64,000 nt of DNA from Candidatus Latescibacterota bacterium (GTDB lineage: Bacteria; Latescibacterota; UBA2968; UBA8231). The stretch's first letter is position 1, and every line of letters starts with the position of its first letter. The stretch is taken from NCBI GenBank assembly GCA_965248355.1, contig OZ252098.1, positions 1,088,001-1,152,000 of the forward strand, read 5' to 3'. Position numbers and translations under genes: made by a program. Below are positions 32,364-48,455 of this stretch, piece after piece. The notes under the pieces were generated by a model. It was not told the DNA's origin. It saw only the letters and a list, made by a program, of their open reading frames with translations, and searched no databases.

Positions 32364-32407
32364 CGAGACTCGTTGTGAATGCTCCTCGCGAGGGTGCGGA
32401 CCGCCTG

Positions 32408-32436
32408 TTGACAGACCACCGGGCCGAGCCTACTTT
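32408..32436 (+). promoter_or_regulatory. Sigma70-type promoter for the act-cox operon
   Basis: TTGACA-N17-TACTTT, about 135 nt upstream of actA. Confidence 0.7.
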
Positions 32437-32570
32437 ACGCCCCTCGTTCGACCCCGCCCCGCGCCGCGAGCCTGCCACTCCGTCGCGACTCCCCGTACTG
32501 AACAGACAAACCGAAACCCGACCTCCCTGGCCGAGAGGAAACAAGCCAGGGGCAGGCTCCGAGTGTGTAG

Positions 32571-33223
32571 ATGGCGCAGGTCTTCCATCGCAGCATCAAC
32601 TGGGTCGCCAAGCTGTCCATCCTGTTCATCCTGGCCTTTGCCGGCTTGACCCTCGCCATCCTCCTGAACATCAACCGGATCGACTACGTCAGCCACGTTG
32701 GCCTGGCGAAGGACCAACCGGTCCCCTTCTCCCACAAGCACCACGTCACAGGCATGGGCATCGACTGCCGGTACTGCCACACGAGCGTCGAGGAGTCCGC
32801 CTTCGCTGGCATCCCCCCCGTGGAGACGTGCATGACCTGCCACTCCCTGGTCTGGACCGAGGCTCCGCTGCTGGAACCGGTCCGCGCGGCCTGGCGAGAT
32901 GAGGTCCCGCTGCAGTGGACCCGAGTCCACGATCTGCCGGATTTCGTCTACTTCCGGCACGATATCCACATCGCCAAGGGGATCGGATGCACCAGCTGTC
33001 ACGGCCCCGTCGACCAGATGCCGCTGATGTACAAGGAGAACACCCTGAACATGGAGTGGTGCCTCGAGTGCCACCGGGCGCCCGAGAGAGAGATCCGGCC
33101 TCGTGACCAGGTCTTCGACGTGACCTGGTCGCCCCCTGCGGATCAGGAGCGAATCGGGCCACGGCTCGTGGAGGAATACGACGTGCAAGTCTCGCAGCTC
33201 ACCGACTGCTCGGTATGTCACCT

Positions 33224-33227
<4 letters not shown>
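32571..33227 (+). CDS. actA: Alternative complex III pentaheme cytochrome c subunit
   Basis: N-terminal TM, QPVPFSHKHH, five CxxCH motifs (CRYCH, CMTCH, CTSCH, CLECH, CSVCH). Confidence 0.93.
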
Positions 33228-36274
<3,047 letters not shown>

Positions 36275-36275
36275 G

Positions 36276-37649
<1,374 letters not shown>

Positions 37650-37652
37650 AGG

Positions 37653-38198
37653 ATGAACGAGTCCACCCCCTCTCAGCCGTACGGCCTGATGGCCGAGTTC
37701 GAAGGGCCTGAAGAGCTTCTGGCGGCGGCGAAGAAGGCCCACGCGGAGGGCTACCGGCGGATGGACGCCTACTCCCCCCTGCCGGTCCACGGCCTGGCGG
37801 CGGCCATCGGCTTCCCGCACACGAACCTGCCCATCGGCACCTTCCTGTGCGGTCTGCTCGGCGCATTGTGCGGATACGGCCTGCAGTACTGGGTGCACGT
37901 CATCGACTACCCCATCAACATCGGGGGCCGTCCCATGCACTCGGGGCCGATGTTCATCCCCGTCACCTTCGAGCTGACGATCCTCTTTGCCGCCATCGGC
38001 ACGGTGGTGGGGCTGATCCTTCTCAACCGGCTGCCCCAGCCGCATCACCCGGTGTTCAACGTGCCGGCCTTCGAGCGCGCCAGCCAGGACCGGTTCTTCC
38101 TGTGCATCGAGTCGGAGGACGGCCGCTACGACGCGGGCTCGACACGGACCTTCCTCGAGAGGCTCGGGGCGGTGGAGGTCTCGGAGGTGCAGCCCTGA
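37653..38198 (+). CDS. actD: Alternative complex III subunit D (DUF3341)
   Basis: DAYSPLPVHG, YPINIGGRP, PVTFELTIL. Confidence 0.9.
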   Translation: MNESTPSQPYGLMAEFEGPEELLAAAKKAHAEGYRRMDAYSPLPVHGLAAAIGFPHTNLPIGTFLCGLLGALCGYGLQYWVHVIDYPINIGGRPMHSGPMFIPVTFELTILFAAIGTVVGLILLNRLPQPHHPVFNVPAFERASQDRFFLCIESEDGRYDAGSTRTFLERLGAVEVSEVQP

Positions 38199-38200
38199 CG

Positions 38201-38779
38201 ATGCTGCGCTCACCTGCCCTCCGCGCGGCGCTGACCGCCCTCCTCCTGCTGCCGGGATGTGATCTGCGGCAGCGTATGTACGACCAGCCCAAGTACGAGG
38301 CCCACGAGGCCTCCCCCTTCTTCGACGACGGTCTGAGCGCCCGGTCCGCCGTGGAGGGCACCGTGGCCCGGGGCCAGCTCCGGTTCGATCCGCACTACTG
38401 GGAGGGCCGGGTGGATGGCGAGTTGGCCGCGACCCTGCCGGCCAGGGTGGCCTTCGACCGCAGCCTCCTGGACCGGGGCCGCGAGCGGTTCGAGATCTTC
38501 TGCTCTCCCTGCCACGGCCGCACCGGCCGGGGCGACGGGATGATCGTTCAGCGCGGCCTGAAGCGGCCCCCCTCCTTCCACGAGGAGCGGCTGAGGGAAG
38601 CAGCCATCGGGTATTTCTACGACGTCCAGACCAACGGGTTCGGGGCCATGTTCAGCTATGCCTCGCGCGTCCCCGTACCGGATCGCTGGGCCATCGCCGC
38701 CTATATCCGCGCCCTGCAGCTGAGCCAGCGGGTGGAGTTCGACCAACTGCCCGCCGGGGATCAGGGGCAGCTCCCGTGA
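38201..38779 (+). CDS. actE: Alternative complex III monoheme cytochrome c lipoprotein
   Basis: LPGC lipobox, MYDQPK, GTVARG, CSPCH, DRWAIAAYIRALQ. Confidence 0.9.
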   Translation: MLRSPALRAALTALLLLPGCDLRQRMYDQPKYEAHEASPFFDDGLSARSAVEGTVARGQLRFDPHYWEGRVDGELAATLPARVAFDRSLLDRGRERFEIFCSPCHGRTGRGDGMIVQRGLKRPPSFHEERLREAAIGYFYDVQTNGFGAMFSYASRVPVPDRWAIAAYIRALQLSQRVEFDQLPAGDQGQLP

Positions 38780-40011
38780 ACGCCGATCTGAACCAGCAAC
38801 TGCTCCGCCAGAGCGAGGGCCTGGCGCCCCTCTTCGAGGGCTACCGCCGCCGCGCCCTGATCGCCGCCCTGGCCGGCATCGCCCTGACCGCCTTCGGGTA
38901 CGTCACCCAGCCGGAGCAGTTCTTCCGCTCGTGGCTCCTCGGATTCACCTACTGGGTCAGCCTCACCCTCGGCTGCCTGCTGGTCCTCATGATCCATCAC
39001 CTCGCGGGTGGACGGTGGGGATTCGCCGTGCGCCGTATCCTCGAGGCGGGCGCCCGCACCTGGCCGTTGATGCTGCTTCTAGGTCTGCCCGTGCTGGCCG
39101 GGATGCACGACCTGTATCACTGGACACACACGGAGGCGGTGGCCGAGGACGAGATCCTCCAGCACAAGTCCCCCTTCCTGAACGTGCCCTTCTTCGTGGT
39201 GCGGTACTTCCTGTACTTCGCGCTCTGGGGAGGCATGATCCAGCTGCTCCACCGCTGGTCGAGCCTGCAGGACGAGCAGGCCGAGACCTGGCCGACCCGG
39301 CGCATGCAGGTGCTCTCGGGCCCGGGACTCGTGCTCTTCGTGCTCTCCGGAACCCTGGCCGGCGTCGACTGGATCATGTCTCTCGAGCCGCACTGGTTCT
39401 CGACGATCTTCAGCGCCATCTACATCCTGGGCCAGGGTCTCGCGGCCTGGGCCCTGGTGACCATCGTCGGCGTCGGCCTTTCCCGCCACGAGCCGTTGAG
39501 CGCCCTGCTGAGCAACGAGCGTCTGCGCGACCTCGGCACCTTCATGCTCGGTTTCGTGCTGCTCTGGGCTTACACCTCCTTCTCCCAGTTGCTCATCATC
39601 TGGGCGGGCAATCTTCCTGAGGAAATCACTTGGTATTACACCCGCCTCAGCGGCGGCTGGCTCTATCTCGGCTACCTGCTCATCGGCTTCCACTTCGTCG
39701 TGCCCTTCCTGCTGATGATCTCCAGCCGGATCAAGGCTCGCCTGCAGATCCTCGTCGCCGTCGCCTGCGGTCTTCTGGTCATGCGCCTGCTCGACCTCTA
39801 CTGGATCTCCGCCCCCGCCTTCCAGGACGCCGGTTCGATCTCGGCCGCCCCCCACTGGCTCGACCTAGTCATCCCCTTCTCCATCGGGGGGCTGTGGTTG
39901 TTCGTGTTCTTCGGCCACTTGAAGAGCCGGTCTCTCGTGCCTCTCAACGACCCGAGATTCGACTTCGACGCCCTCGCCGGGGAGACGGCGCAGGAGGGCC
40001 ACCATGGCTGA
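38776..40011 (+). CDS. actF: Alternative complex III membrane subunit F
   Basis: Polytopic membrane protein; DWIMSLEPHWFST, WAYTSFSQLLIIWAGNLPEE. Confidence 0.9.
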   Translation: MNADLNQQLLRQSEGLAPLFEGYRRRALIAALAGIALTAFGYVTQPEQFFRSWLLGFTYWVSLTLGCLLVLMIHHLAGGRWGFAVRRILEAGARTWPLMLLLGLPVLAGMHDLYHWTHTEAVAEDEILQHKSPFLNVPFFVVRYFLYFALWGGMIQLLHRWSSLQDEQAETWPTRRMQVLSGPGLVLFVLSGTLAGVDWIMSLEPHWFSTIFSAIYILGQGLAAWALVTIVGVGLSRHEPLSALLSNERLRDLGTFMLGFVLLWAYTSFSQLLIIWAGNLPEEITWYYTRLSGGWLYLGYLLIGFHFVVPFLLMISSRIKARLQILVAVACGLLVMRLLDLYWISAPAFQDAGSISAAPHWLDLVIPFSIGGLWLFVFFGHLKSRSLVPLNDPRFDFDALAGETAQEGHHG

Positions 40012-40450
40012 TCTTCACACGCCGGCCGAGGGACACGTCCACGCCGCTTCCGCGGCGGCGGGTCACGAGGTCACCGACGCCCCGGCCAGCCCCCTGGCCA
40101 AGGTGGGCATCGGGCTCGCCGCGCTCATGCTCATTTCCTTCGTAGGCGTGCTCCTCATGTTTCGCTTTCTCGTGCACGTGCAGCCCCTCTACGACAAGGA
40201 GACCCCTGCCCACCCTCTGCGCGACGCTCGGGTCTCCTCCACCGAGCCCCGGCTGCAGCCCGACCCGCCGAGGCAGAAGGGCGAGCTGCGGCGGATCGAG
40301 GATCACCTCCTCACCACCTACGACTGGGTCGACAAGGAGCAGGGGCTCGTGCGCATCCCCATCGACCGGGCCATGGGCCTGATCTCCCGCCGCGGCCTGC
40401 CCGAGAAGACCGGCACCGGGGCCGCCGCCCCTCCCGCCGCCGAGGAATGA
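40004..40450 (+). CDS. actG: Alternative complex III small subunit (ActG-like)
   Basis: Single TM, EPRLQPDP, YDWVDKEQGLVRIPIDRAM; position after actF. Confidence 0.7.
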   Translation: MADLHTPAEGHVHAASAAAGHEVTDAPASPLAKVGIGLAALMLISFVGVLLMFRFLVHVQPLYDKETPAHPLRDARVSSTEPRLQPDPPRQKGELRRIEDHLLTTYDWVDKEQGLVRIPIDRAMGLISRRGLPEKTGTGAAAPPAAEE

Positions 40451-41313
40451 GGGTGAGACCGGATCCCCTGTCATCGGCGATCGCCGTTCTGGCGGTCCTG
40501 ACTGTCGGGGCCGCCCAAGGCCAGCCGATCGACCCCACCGTGGGCGAGGAGATCGGCATCGACCAGCGCCTCGGTGAACGGGTCCCCCTCGATCTGGCCT
40601 TCCGTGACGAAACGGGGGCGGAGGTCCGACTCGAAGACATCCTCGGTGAGAGGCCCGCGGTCCTGTCCCTCGCCTACTACGAGTGCCCCATGCTGTGCAC
40701 CCAGGTTCTCAACGGCCTCCTGCGGAGTCTCCGAGTGCTTTCTCTGGACGTGGGCCGCGAGTTCGAGGTGATCACGGTGAGCATCGATCCCGGCGAGACG
40801 CCCGCCTTGGCGGCGGCCAAGAAGAGGGAATACGTCGGACGCTACGGACGCGACGGAGCCGGGGGCGGCTGGCACTTCCTCACCGGGACGCAGGATCGGA
40901 TCGAGAAGCTCGCCAAGGCCGTGGGGTTCCGCTACGAGTACGATCCGGAGACCGATCTCTACGTCCACGCCAGCGGCATCATGGTCCTCACTCCGACGGG
41001 AGAACTGGCCCGCTACTTCTACGGCGTCGAGTACTCGCCGAAGGACCTCCGCCTGGGCCTGATCGAAGCGGCAGAGGAGCGCATCGGCAACGCCGTCGAC
41101 CAGGTCCTGTTGCTGTGCTATCAGTACGATCCGGCCACCGGGAAGTACGGCTTGGTGATCCTCAACAGCCTGCGCGTCGCCGGCGCGGCCACGGTGGCCA
41201 TCCTGGCCGGCCTCGTCATCGGCTGGATCCGCCGGGAGCGCCGGCAGGCGGACCACTCGGCCAAATCCCATCCCGCACCCGAACTGAACCCGGGCCCGGT
41301 AAGAGATGTCTAA
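40447..41313 (+). CDS. SCO1/SenC family copper chaperone
   Basis: GIDQRLG, YYECPMLC (CxxxC), conserved His in YVHASG, C-terminal TM. Confidence 0.9.
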   Translation: MRVRPDPLSSAIAVLAVLTVGAAQGQPIDPTVGEEIGIDQRLGERVPLDLAFRDETGAEVRLEDILGERPAVLSLAYYECPMLCTQVLNGLLRSLRVLSLDVGREFEVITVSIDPGETPALAAAKKREYVGRYGRDGAGGGWHFLTGTQDRIEKLAKAVGFRYEYDPETDLYVHASGIMVLTPTGELARYFYGVEYSPKDLRLGLIEAAEERIGNAVDQVLLLCYQYDPATGKYGLVILNSLRVAGAATVAILAGLVIGWIRRERRQADHSAKSHPAPELNPGPVRDV

Positions 41314-42241
41314 GGAATTCCCCCTCCATCCCGACCTGGCCTCCACCTTCGCCCTGCAGGTGGACCTTCTGTACTTCCTGCTGGTAGGGCTCAGCGTCCT
41401 CTTCGCGGCCGGCGTCGTCTTCGTCCTGGCGCTGTTCGCGATCAAGTACCGGAGGCGCTCCGACGACGACCGGCCCCATCCCGTTCACGGCTCGGTCCCC
41501 CTCGAGCTGGCCTGGAGCATCATCCCACTCTTCATGGCCATCGGCGTCTTCACACTGGGAGCCGAGGTCTACTTCCGCATGTACCGCTCCCCCACCGACG
41601 CCATGGACATCTACGTCGTGGGCAAGCAGTGGATGTGGAAGATCCAGCACCCGGAGGGCCGGCGCGAGATCAACGAACTCCACATCCCGGTGGACCAGCC
41701 GGTGCGTTTGACCATGACCTCGGAGGACGTGATCCATGCCTTCTCGGTGCCTGCCTTCCGCACCAAGAAGGATGTCGTGCCGGGGCGCTACAACACGATC
41801 TGGTTCGAGGCCACCAAGACGGGGGAGTTCCACCTGTTCTGCGCCGAGTACTGCGGCACCCAGCACTCCACCATGATCGGCACGGTCTACGTGATGGAGC
41901 CGGAGGATTACCAGGAATGGCTCGGCGGCGGCGTCAGCGGCGAGACCATGGCCGAGGCGGGGGAGCGCCAGTTCCAGCAGCTTGGATGCGCCACCTGCCA
42001 CAAGTCCGAGTCGATCGGTCGAGGCCCCACCCTGGTTGGCCTCTTCGGCGAGCCCCTGGAGCTCGCCTCCGGCGAGGTGATCCGGGTCGATGAGAGCTAC
42101 CTGCGCGAATCGATCCTCGCACCGGCGACGAAACTGGTGAAGGGCTACTCGCCGATCATGCCCACCTTCCAGGGTCAGATCAGCGAGGAGACCCTGCTCC
42201 AGCTCATCACCTATATCAAGTCCCTGGGCGCCAGCGAGTGA
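41306..42241 (+). CDS. coxB: Cytochrome c oxidase subunit II with C-terminal cytochrome c (caa3 type)
   Basis: DVIH and CAEYCGTQHSTM (CuA ligands); CATCH. Confidence 0.95.
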   Translation: MSKEFPLHPDLASTFALQVDLLYFLLVGLSVLFAAGVVFVLALFAIKYRRRSDDDRPHPVHGSVPLELAWSIIPLFMAIGVFTLGAEVYFRMYRSPTDAMDIYVVGKQWMWKIQHPEGRREINELHIPVDQPVRLTMTSEDVIHAFSVPAFRTKKDVVPGRYNTIWFEATKTGEFHLFCAEYCGTQHSTMIGTVYVMEPEDYQEWLGGGVSGETMAEAGERQFQQLGCATCHKSESIGRGPTLVGLFGEPLELASGEVIRVDESYLRESILAPATKLVKGYSPIMPTFQGQISEETLLQLITYIKSLGASE

Positions 42242-42250
42242 GACGGAGCC

Positions 42251-43945
<1,695 letters not shown>

Positions 43946-43979
43946 GGCGCCGCATCGGCGCTTCGAGGTGACGAGGAGG

Positions 43980-44671
<692 letters not shown>

Positions 44672-44675
<4 letters not shown>

Positions 44676-45022
44676 GCGACGCCCACCCCGAGAACCATCC
44701 AGGAGGCGAGCACCATGTTCTGCCCGTCAGGATGTACGTGGCCATCGTCTCCCTTCTCTTCATCTTCACGGCCGTCACGGTGCTGGCCGCCTTCGTCGAG
44801 CTCGGCGCCCTGAACACGCCGATCGCGCTGGCCATCGCCGTCCTCAAGGCCTCCCTCGTGGTGCTGTTCTTCATGCACGTGCGGTACAACACCCCCCTCA
44901 TGTGGGTCTTTGCCGCCGCCGGCTTCTTCTGGCTCATCATCATGTTCTCTCTCACCATGCAGGACTACGTCTCGCGGGACTGGGAGACGCCGGCGCCCGT
45001 GCACTTCCTCGATCTTCTGTAG
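44672..45022 (+). CDS. coxD: Cytochrome c oxidase subunit IV
   Basis: KASLVVLFFMHV, three TM helices; ATGA overlap with coxC. Confidence 0.88.
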
Positions 45023-45033
45023 TCCCGTCGGCC

Positions 45034-45073
45034 AAAGAAAAACGCCCTGTCCGGCACGTGCCGGACAGGGCGT
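45034..45073. terminator. Probable bidirectional terminator between convergent operons
   Basis: Perfect 32-bp palindrome ACGCCCTGTCCGGCAC/GTGCCGGACAGGGCGT (45042-45073) with an A-run on the left (U-tail on the minus strand). Confidence 0.85.
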
Positions 45074-45097
45074 CGCTGTGCGGATCCCCCGGGAGCC

Positions 45098-45499
45098 TCA
45101 GGTCTCTCCCGCAGAGGGATCGATATCGAAGACCCCCGTCGATCGGATCAGGACGAGAATGGCCGAATGGGGGACGACGACGAACTTCTCGTTGTCGAAC
45201 TTGATCTCCACCGCCTCCTTGCGGGCGTAGATGGCGTGGTCCCCCTTCTGGGCCTGCAGGGGGATGAAACGCATCTCCGGTTCCGAGCCCGACTCCGCCC
45301 ACGGCGCGTCGTCCTCATCGCCCTTCGGCGGCAGAGGGATTCCCGGCCCCACCTCCTCGATGCGCCCGCTCTGCACGTTTTCCTTCTCCAGCGCCGTCGG
45401 GGGCAGGTAGAGCCCCACCTCGGTGCGCTGTTCCTCCTCGTCGACGCGGACCAGCACGCGGTCGCCCACGACGAGCAACTCCTTGTCACCTCGCAACAT
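45098..45499 (-). CDS. GroES/Cpn10-family co-chaperonin, orphan, with extended roof loop
   Basis: GDRVLV, RTEVGLYLP (mobile loop), GRIEEVGPG, KGD..Y; no groEL adjacent. Confidence 0.82.
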   Translation of the reverse strand: MLRGDKELLVVGDRVLVRVDEEEQRTEVGLYLPPTALEKENVQSGRIEEVGPGIPLPPKGDEDDAPWAESGSEPEMRFIPLQAQKGDHAIYARKEAVEIKFDNEKFVVVPHSAILVLIRSTGVFDIDPSAGET

Positions 45500-45589
45500 G
45501 GTTCAGACGCCCTCGCTCCTGCCTCTCCGGACCCTTGGCAACGCCCGGGACCGGCTCGGCCGCAATAGTAGGGGAATGCCCCCAGCCCC

Positions 45590-46333
45590 TCAAAGGCCGG
45601 CTCCTCCATCGGCGGCGGCGGCGGCGCCGATGATCCCCGCCTCGTTGCGCAGCCGGGCGGGTACGATCTCGCAGTCGACGGTCAGGTGGGGCAGGAACCT
45701 CTCGTGCCTCCCGCTCACGCCGCCGCCGATGATGATCAGTTCCGGCCACAGGTAGAAGGCGACCCTCTGCAGATAGGCGTCCACCCGGGAGGACCACTTC
45801 TTCCAGCTCAGGCGGCGGCGGGTGCGGACGCTGGCGGAGGCCCGCAACTCGGCGGCCTTGCCGTCCATCTCGATATGGCCGAACTCGGTGTTGGGCACGA
45901 GCCGGCCGTCGGTGAACAGGGCCGACCCGATGCCGGTGCCGATGGTGAGGACCAGGACCACCCCCGACCGCCCCCGACCCGCCCCAAAGCGCATCTCCGC
46001 TATGCCGGCCGCGTCGGCGTCGTTGAGGACGGTGAAGGGGCATCCCGTGGCCTGATGGAACATGGCCCCCGCGTCTCGCCCGATCCACGAGTCGTCGATG
46101 TTGGCCGCCGTGCACACCTGGCCCTGGCGGACCACCGCGGGGAAACCGGCACCGACCGGGCCCTCCCACCCGAAGTGCTCCACGATCCTGGCCACGCCCT
46201 CGGTCACGGCCTCCGGGGTGGCGGGCCGGGGGGTCTTCAGCCGGAAGCGCTCGCCGAGGACCTTCCCCTCTTCGCCGTCGACCGGAGCGCCCTTGATGCC
46301 CGTCCCTCCAATGTCGATGCCGAGTGTGGCCAT
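45590..46333 (-). CDS. ppgK: Polyphosphate glucokinase (ROK family)
   Basis: GIDIGGTGIKGAPVD, NDADAAGIAE, GTGIGSALF, PNTEFGH, IIIGGGVS. Confidence 0.88.
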   Translation of the reverse strand: MATLGIDIGGTGIKGAPVDGEEGKVLGERFRLKTPRPATPEAVTEGVARIVEHFGWEGPVGAGFPAVVRQGQVCTAANIDDSWIGRDAGAMFHQATGCPFTVLNDADAAGIAEMRFGAGRGRSGVVLVLTIGTGIGSALFTDGRLVPNTEFGHIEMDGKAAELRASASVRTRRRLSWKKWSSRVDAYLQRVAFYLWPELIIIGGGVSGRHERFLPHLTVDCEIVPARLRNEAGIIGAAAAADGGAGL

Positions 46334-46342
46334 CCGGAAAGA

Positions 46343-47434
46343 TTACAGCGGCATGTAGTCCAGGTCGAGGACCCGCTCCACGAGCCAGCCCAGACCGAAA
46401 AGGAGGATGACGGCGGAGAGGCCCTGCACGACGCGGGCGTGGCCCGGCCGGCGCGCCGACCACAGGATGAGAGGAAAGAGAAGGGTGACGATGGCCACCT
46501 GTCCGACCTCGACGCCGACGTTGAAGGCCAGCAGGGAGGCCACCAACCCGCGCGACGGCAGGCCGAGTTCGCGCAGCACGTTGGCGAAGCCGAATCCGTG
46601 CACGAACCCGAAGAGGAAGGTCAGGATCCAGCGGTGGTCGGCGCGGCGCAACCAGAAGTTCTCGGCGGCCACGTAGGCGATGCTCAGGGCGATGCCCGAC
46701 TCGACGAGGCGCGAGGGCAGACTGACCCACTCCAGCGCCGCCAGGATCAGGGTGACGCTGTGGGCCACGGTGAATGCGGTGACGATCTTCACCAGCGTCC
46801 CGAGCCGGGAGCCCACCAGGATCAGGGCGATCAGAAACAGCACGTGGTCGTAGCCCAGGAAGATGTGCTCCACGCCGAGCACGACGAAGCGTCCGGCCTG
46901 CGCCCAGAGGCTCTCCCGCGCCAAGCCGGACACCCCGATCCCGTGGACCGGCTCCGCCGCCGAGAGAACGGCGACCTCCACCGGTTGCCCGGGGATCCGG
47001 ACTCGAAGCAGGTTGCGATGGTCCCCGGGCAGCGGCGCCAGGTAGCGGGTGAGATCCAGCTCGAGGGGGCGCAGGTTCCCCGGCGTCCGCGCGCGGACCG
47101 AGAGCCGGGCGATGAGATTGCCCTCCCCGTCGACATCGGTCTGCACCCCGGCGCCGAGGAGGTCCAGGTCCGAGCCATCGGAGCGCAGGGAGATCAGGCC
47201 CTGCAGGGTATCGGCGGCCATGGCGACGCCGGCCAGCATCTCCTCCGCCCAGAGGACCTGATCGCCGTTGCGGTCCAGAGCCGGCACCAGAAGGCGCATC
47301 TCCGGCTCGTGCACCGTCAGGGACAGCCGGACGCTGTCCTCGCCGACGCTGACCAGGGTGTAGCTCCTGTCCATCTCGTGGGCGCCGGCGGAACCGCAGG
47401 CGAGACAAAGGGCAAGCACACCACAGCGCACCAT
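46343..47434 (-). CDS. HupE/UreJ family protein with N-terminal periplasmic domain
   Basis: Signal peptide ending AGAH, GVEHIFLGYDHVLF, TAFTVAHSVTL, FGFVHGFGFA, FNVGVEVGQ. Confidence 0.88.
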   Translation of the reverse strand: MVRCGVLALCLACGSAGAHEMDRSYTLVSVGEDSVRLSLTVHEPEMRLLVPALDRNGDQVLWAEEMLAGVAMAADTLQGLISLRSDGSDLDLLGAGVQTDVDGEGNLIARLSVRARTPGNLRPLELDLTRYLAPLPGDHRNLLRVRIPGQPVEVAVLSAAEPVHGIGVSGLARESLWAQAGRFVVLGVEHIFLGYDHVLFLIALILVGSRLGTLVKIVTAFTVAHSVTLILAALEWVSLPSRLVESGIALSIAYVAAENFWLRRADHRWILTFLFGFVHGFGFANVLRELGLPSRGLVASLLAFNVGVEVGQVAIVTLLFPLILWSARRPGHARVVQGLSAVILLFGLGWLVERVLDLDYMPL

Positions 47435-47454
47435 GGACCTCCCCGTGTGGCCGG

Positions 47455-48045
47455 TCAGAGCAGCCGCCGGATCACGGCGGCCATGTCGTCGATTCCATCC
47501 TGCTCGGAGAACAGGAAACGCACCACCCCCTGGGCATCGATCAAGTAGGTACGGGAGGAGTGATCGACGCCGCCGTCGGCAGCCGGCCCGAACCCTGCGC
47601 CGTACTGCCCGGCCACGGCGGCCACCTGCTCCGGAGTCCCGGTCAGGCCGGTGAGGCGGTACGGATAGCCTGCACAGTACTCCGCCAGCCTCGCCGGCGT
47701 ATCGTGGCCCGGATCGACACTGAGGAAGAGGACCTCCACCCCGGGAGCCGGCAGCCGGCGCATCACCTCGCCCAGCTTGGACAGGGTCGTGGGGCAGCTG
47801 GCGGCGCAGCGGGTGAATCCGAAGAACAGCAGCAGCGGCCGGCCGCGACGTCCGGAAAGGGAGAATCTCTCCCCTCTCTGATCGACGAGCTCAAAATCAC
47901 CGCCGAGCTCGTAGCGCTCCAGAGCCGGCGCCGCCTCTCGCCGGGCTCCCTCCCCCGAGGGGCCGCATCCCCCCGCCGGGAGGGTTGCCGCCCACGCCGC
48001 TGTCCAGAGCCACCATCGCTTCCCATGGCGGAGGAATCGACTCAA
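47455..48045 (-). CDS. SCO family lipoprotein (second copy)
   Basis: AGGC lipobox, FELVDQRG, FGFTRCAASCP, SVDPGHD, VDHSS; TTG start overlaps the cytochrome c stop. Confidence 0.85.
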   Translation of the reverse strand: MSRFLRHGKRWWLWTAAWAATLPAGGCGPSGEGARREAAPALERYELGGDFELVDQRGERFSLSGRRGRPLLLFFGFTRCAASCPTTLSKLGEVMRRLPAPGVEVLFLSVDPGHDTPARLAEYCAGYPYRLTGLTGTPEQVAAVAGQYGAGFGPAADGGVDHSSRTYLIDAQGVVRFLFSEQDGIDDMAAVIRRLL

Positions 48046-48455
48046 TCCCGGGACTCCAGGAAGGAGAGGATGTACAGGGCCAGGTCTCGGCGGTCCTCCT
48101 CGGAGAGGTGGCCGTAGGCCGGCATGTTCCGGCCTTCGGACAAGACGCCCTGGCGGATCGTCTCCTCGATCTGCTTGAGCTCGTACCCGTGGCGGTAGCC
48201 CCGCGGATCGTGCAGGTCCCTGGGTGGAGGATTCAGGCTCGCCGCCAGGCGGCCGTCGCCCCGGCCCTGGGGTCCGTGGCACAGGGCACACCCGTTCCTC
48301 TCGTACAGCTGCCGGCCCCGGATCACGGCGTCCCTGTCGGCAGCACCGTCCATGGCCTCCTCGGCGACGTCCTGACCACAGCCAAGGGCGAGACCCGCCC
48401 ACAGCAGGACGCCCGCCGGCCATCGGCCCGGGTGCGCATCAGATGCGCGCGCCAT
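48042..48455 (-). CDS. Monoheme cytochrome c lipoprotein
   Basis: ALGC lipobox, GRQLY..NGCALCHG..GRGDG, PPPRD, distal MPAY; start uncertain. Confidence 0.85.
   Translation of the reverse strand: MARASDAHPGRWPAGVLLWAGLALGCGQDVAEEAMDGAADRDAVIRGRQLYERNGCALCHGPQGRGDGRLAASLNPPPRDLHDPRGYRHGYELKQIEETIRQGVLSEGRNMPAYGHLSEEDRRDLALYILSFLESRD

Noticed and set aside
32373..32391. TTGTGAA half-site as a Rex or CRP box upstream of actA
   Set aside because: The second half-site (TTCACAA or TCACA) is absent at the required spacing
45042..45073. Perfect 32-bp palindrome as a MITE, REP element or recombination site
   Set aside because: Single copy in the window; its position between convergent genes and its A/U tract fit a terminator
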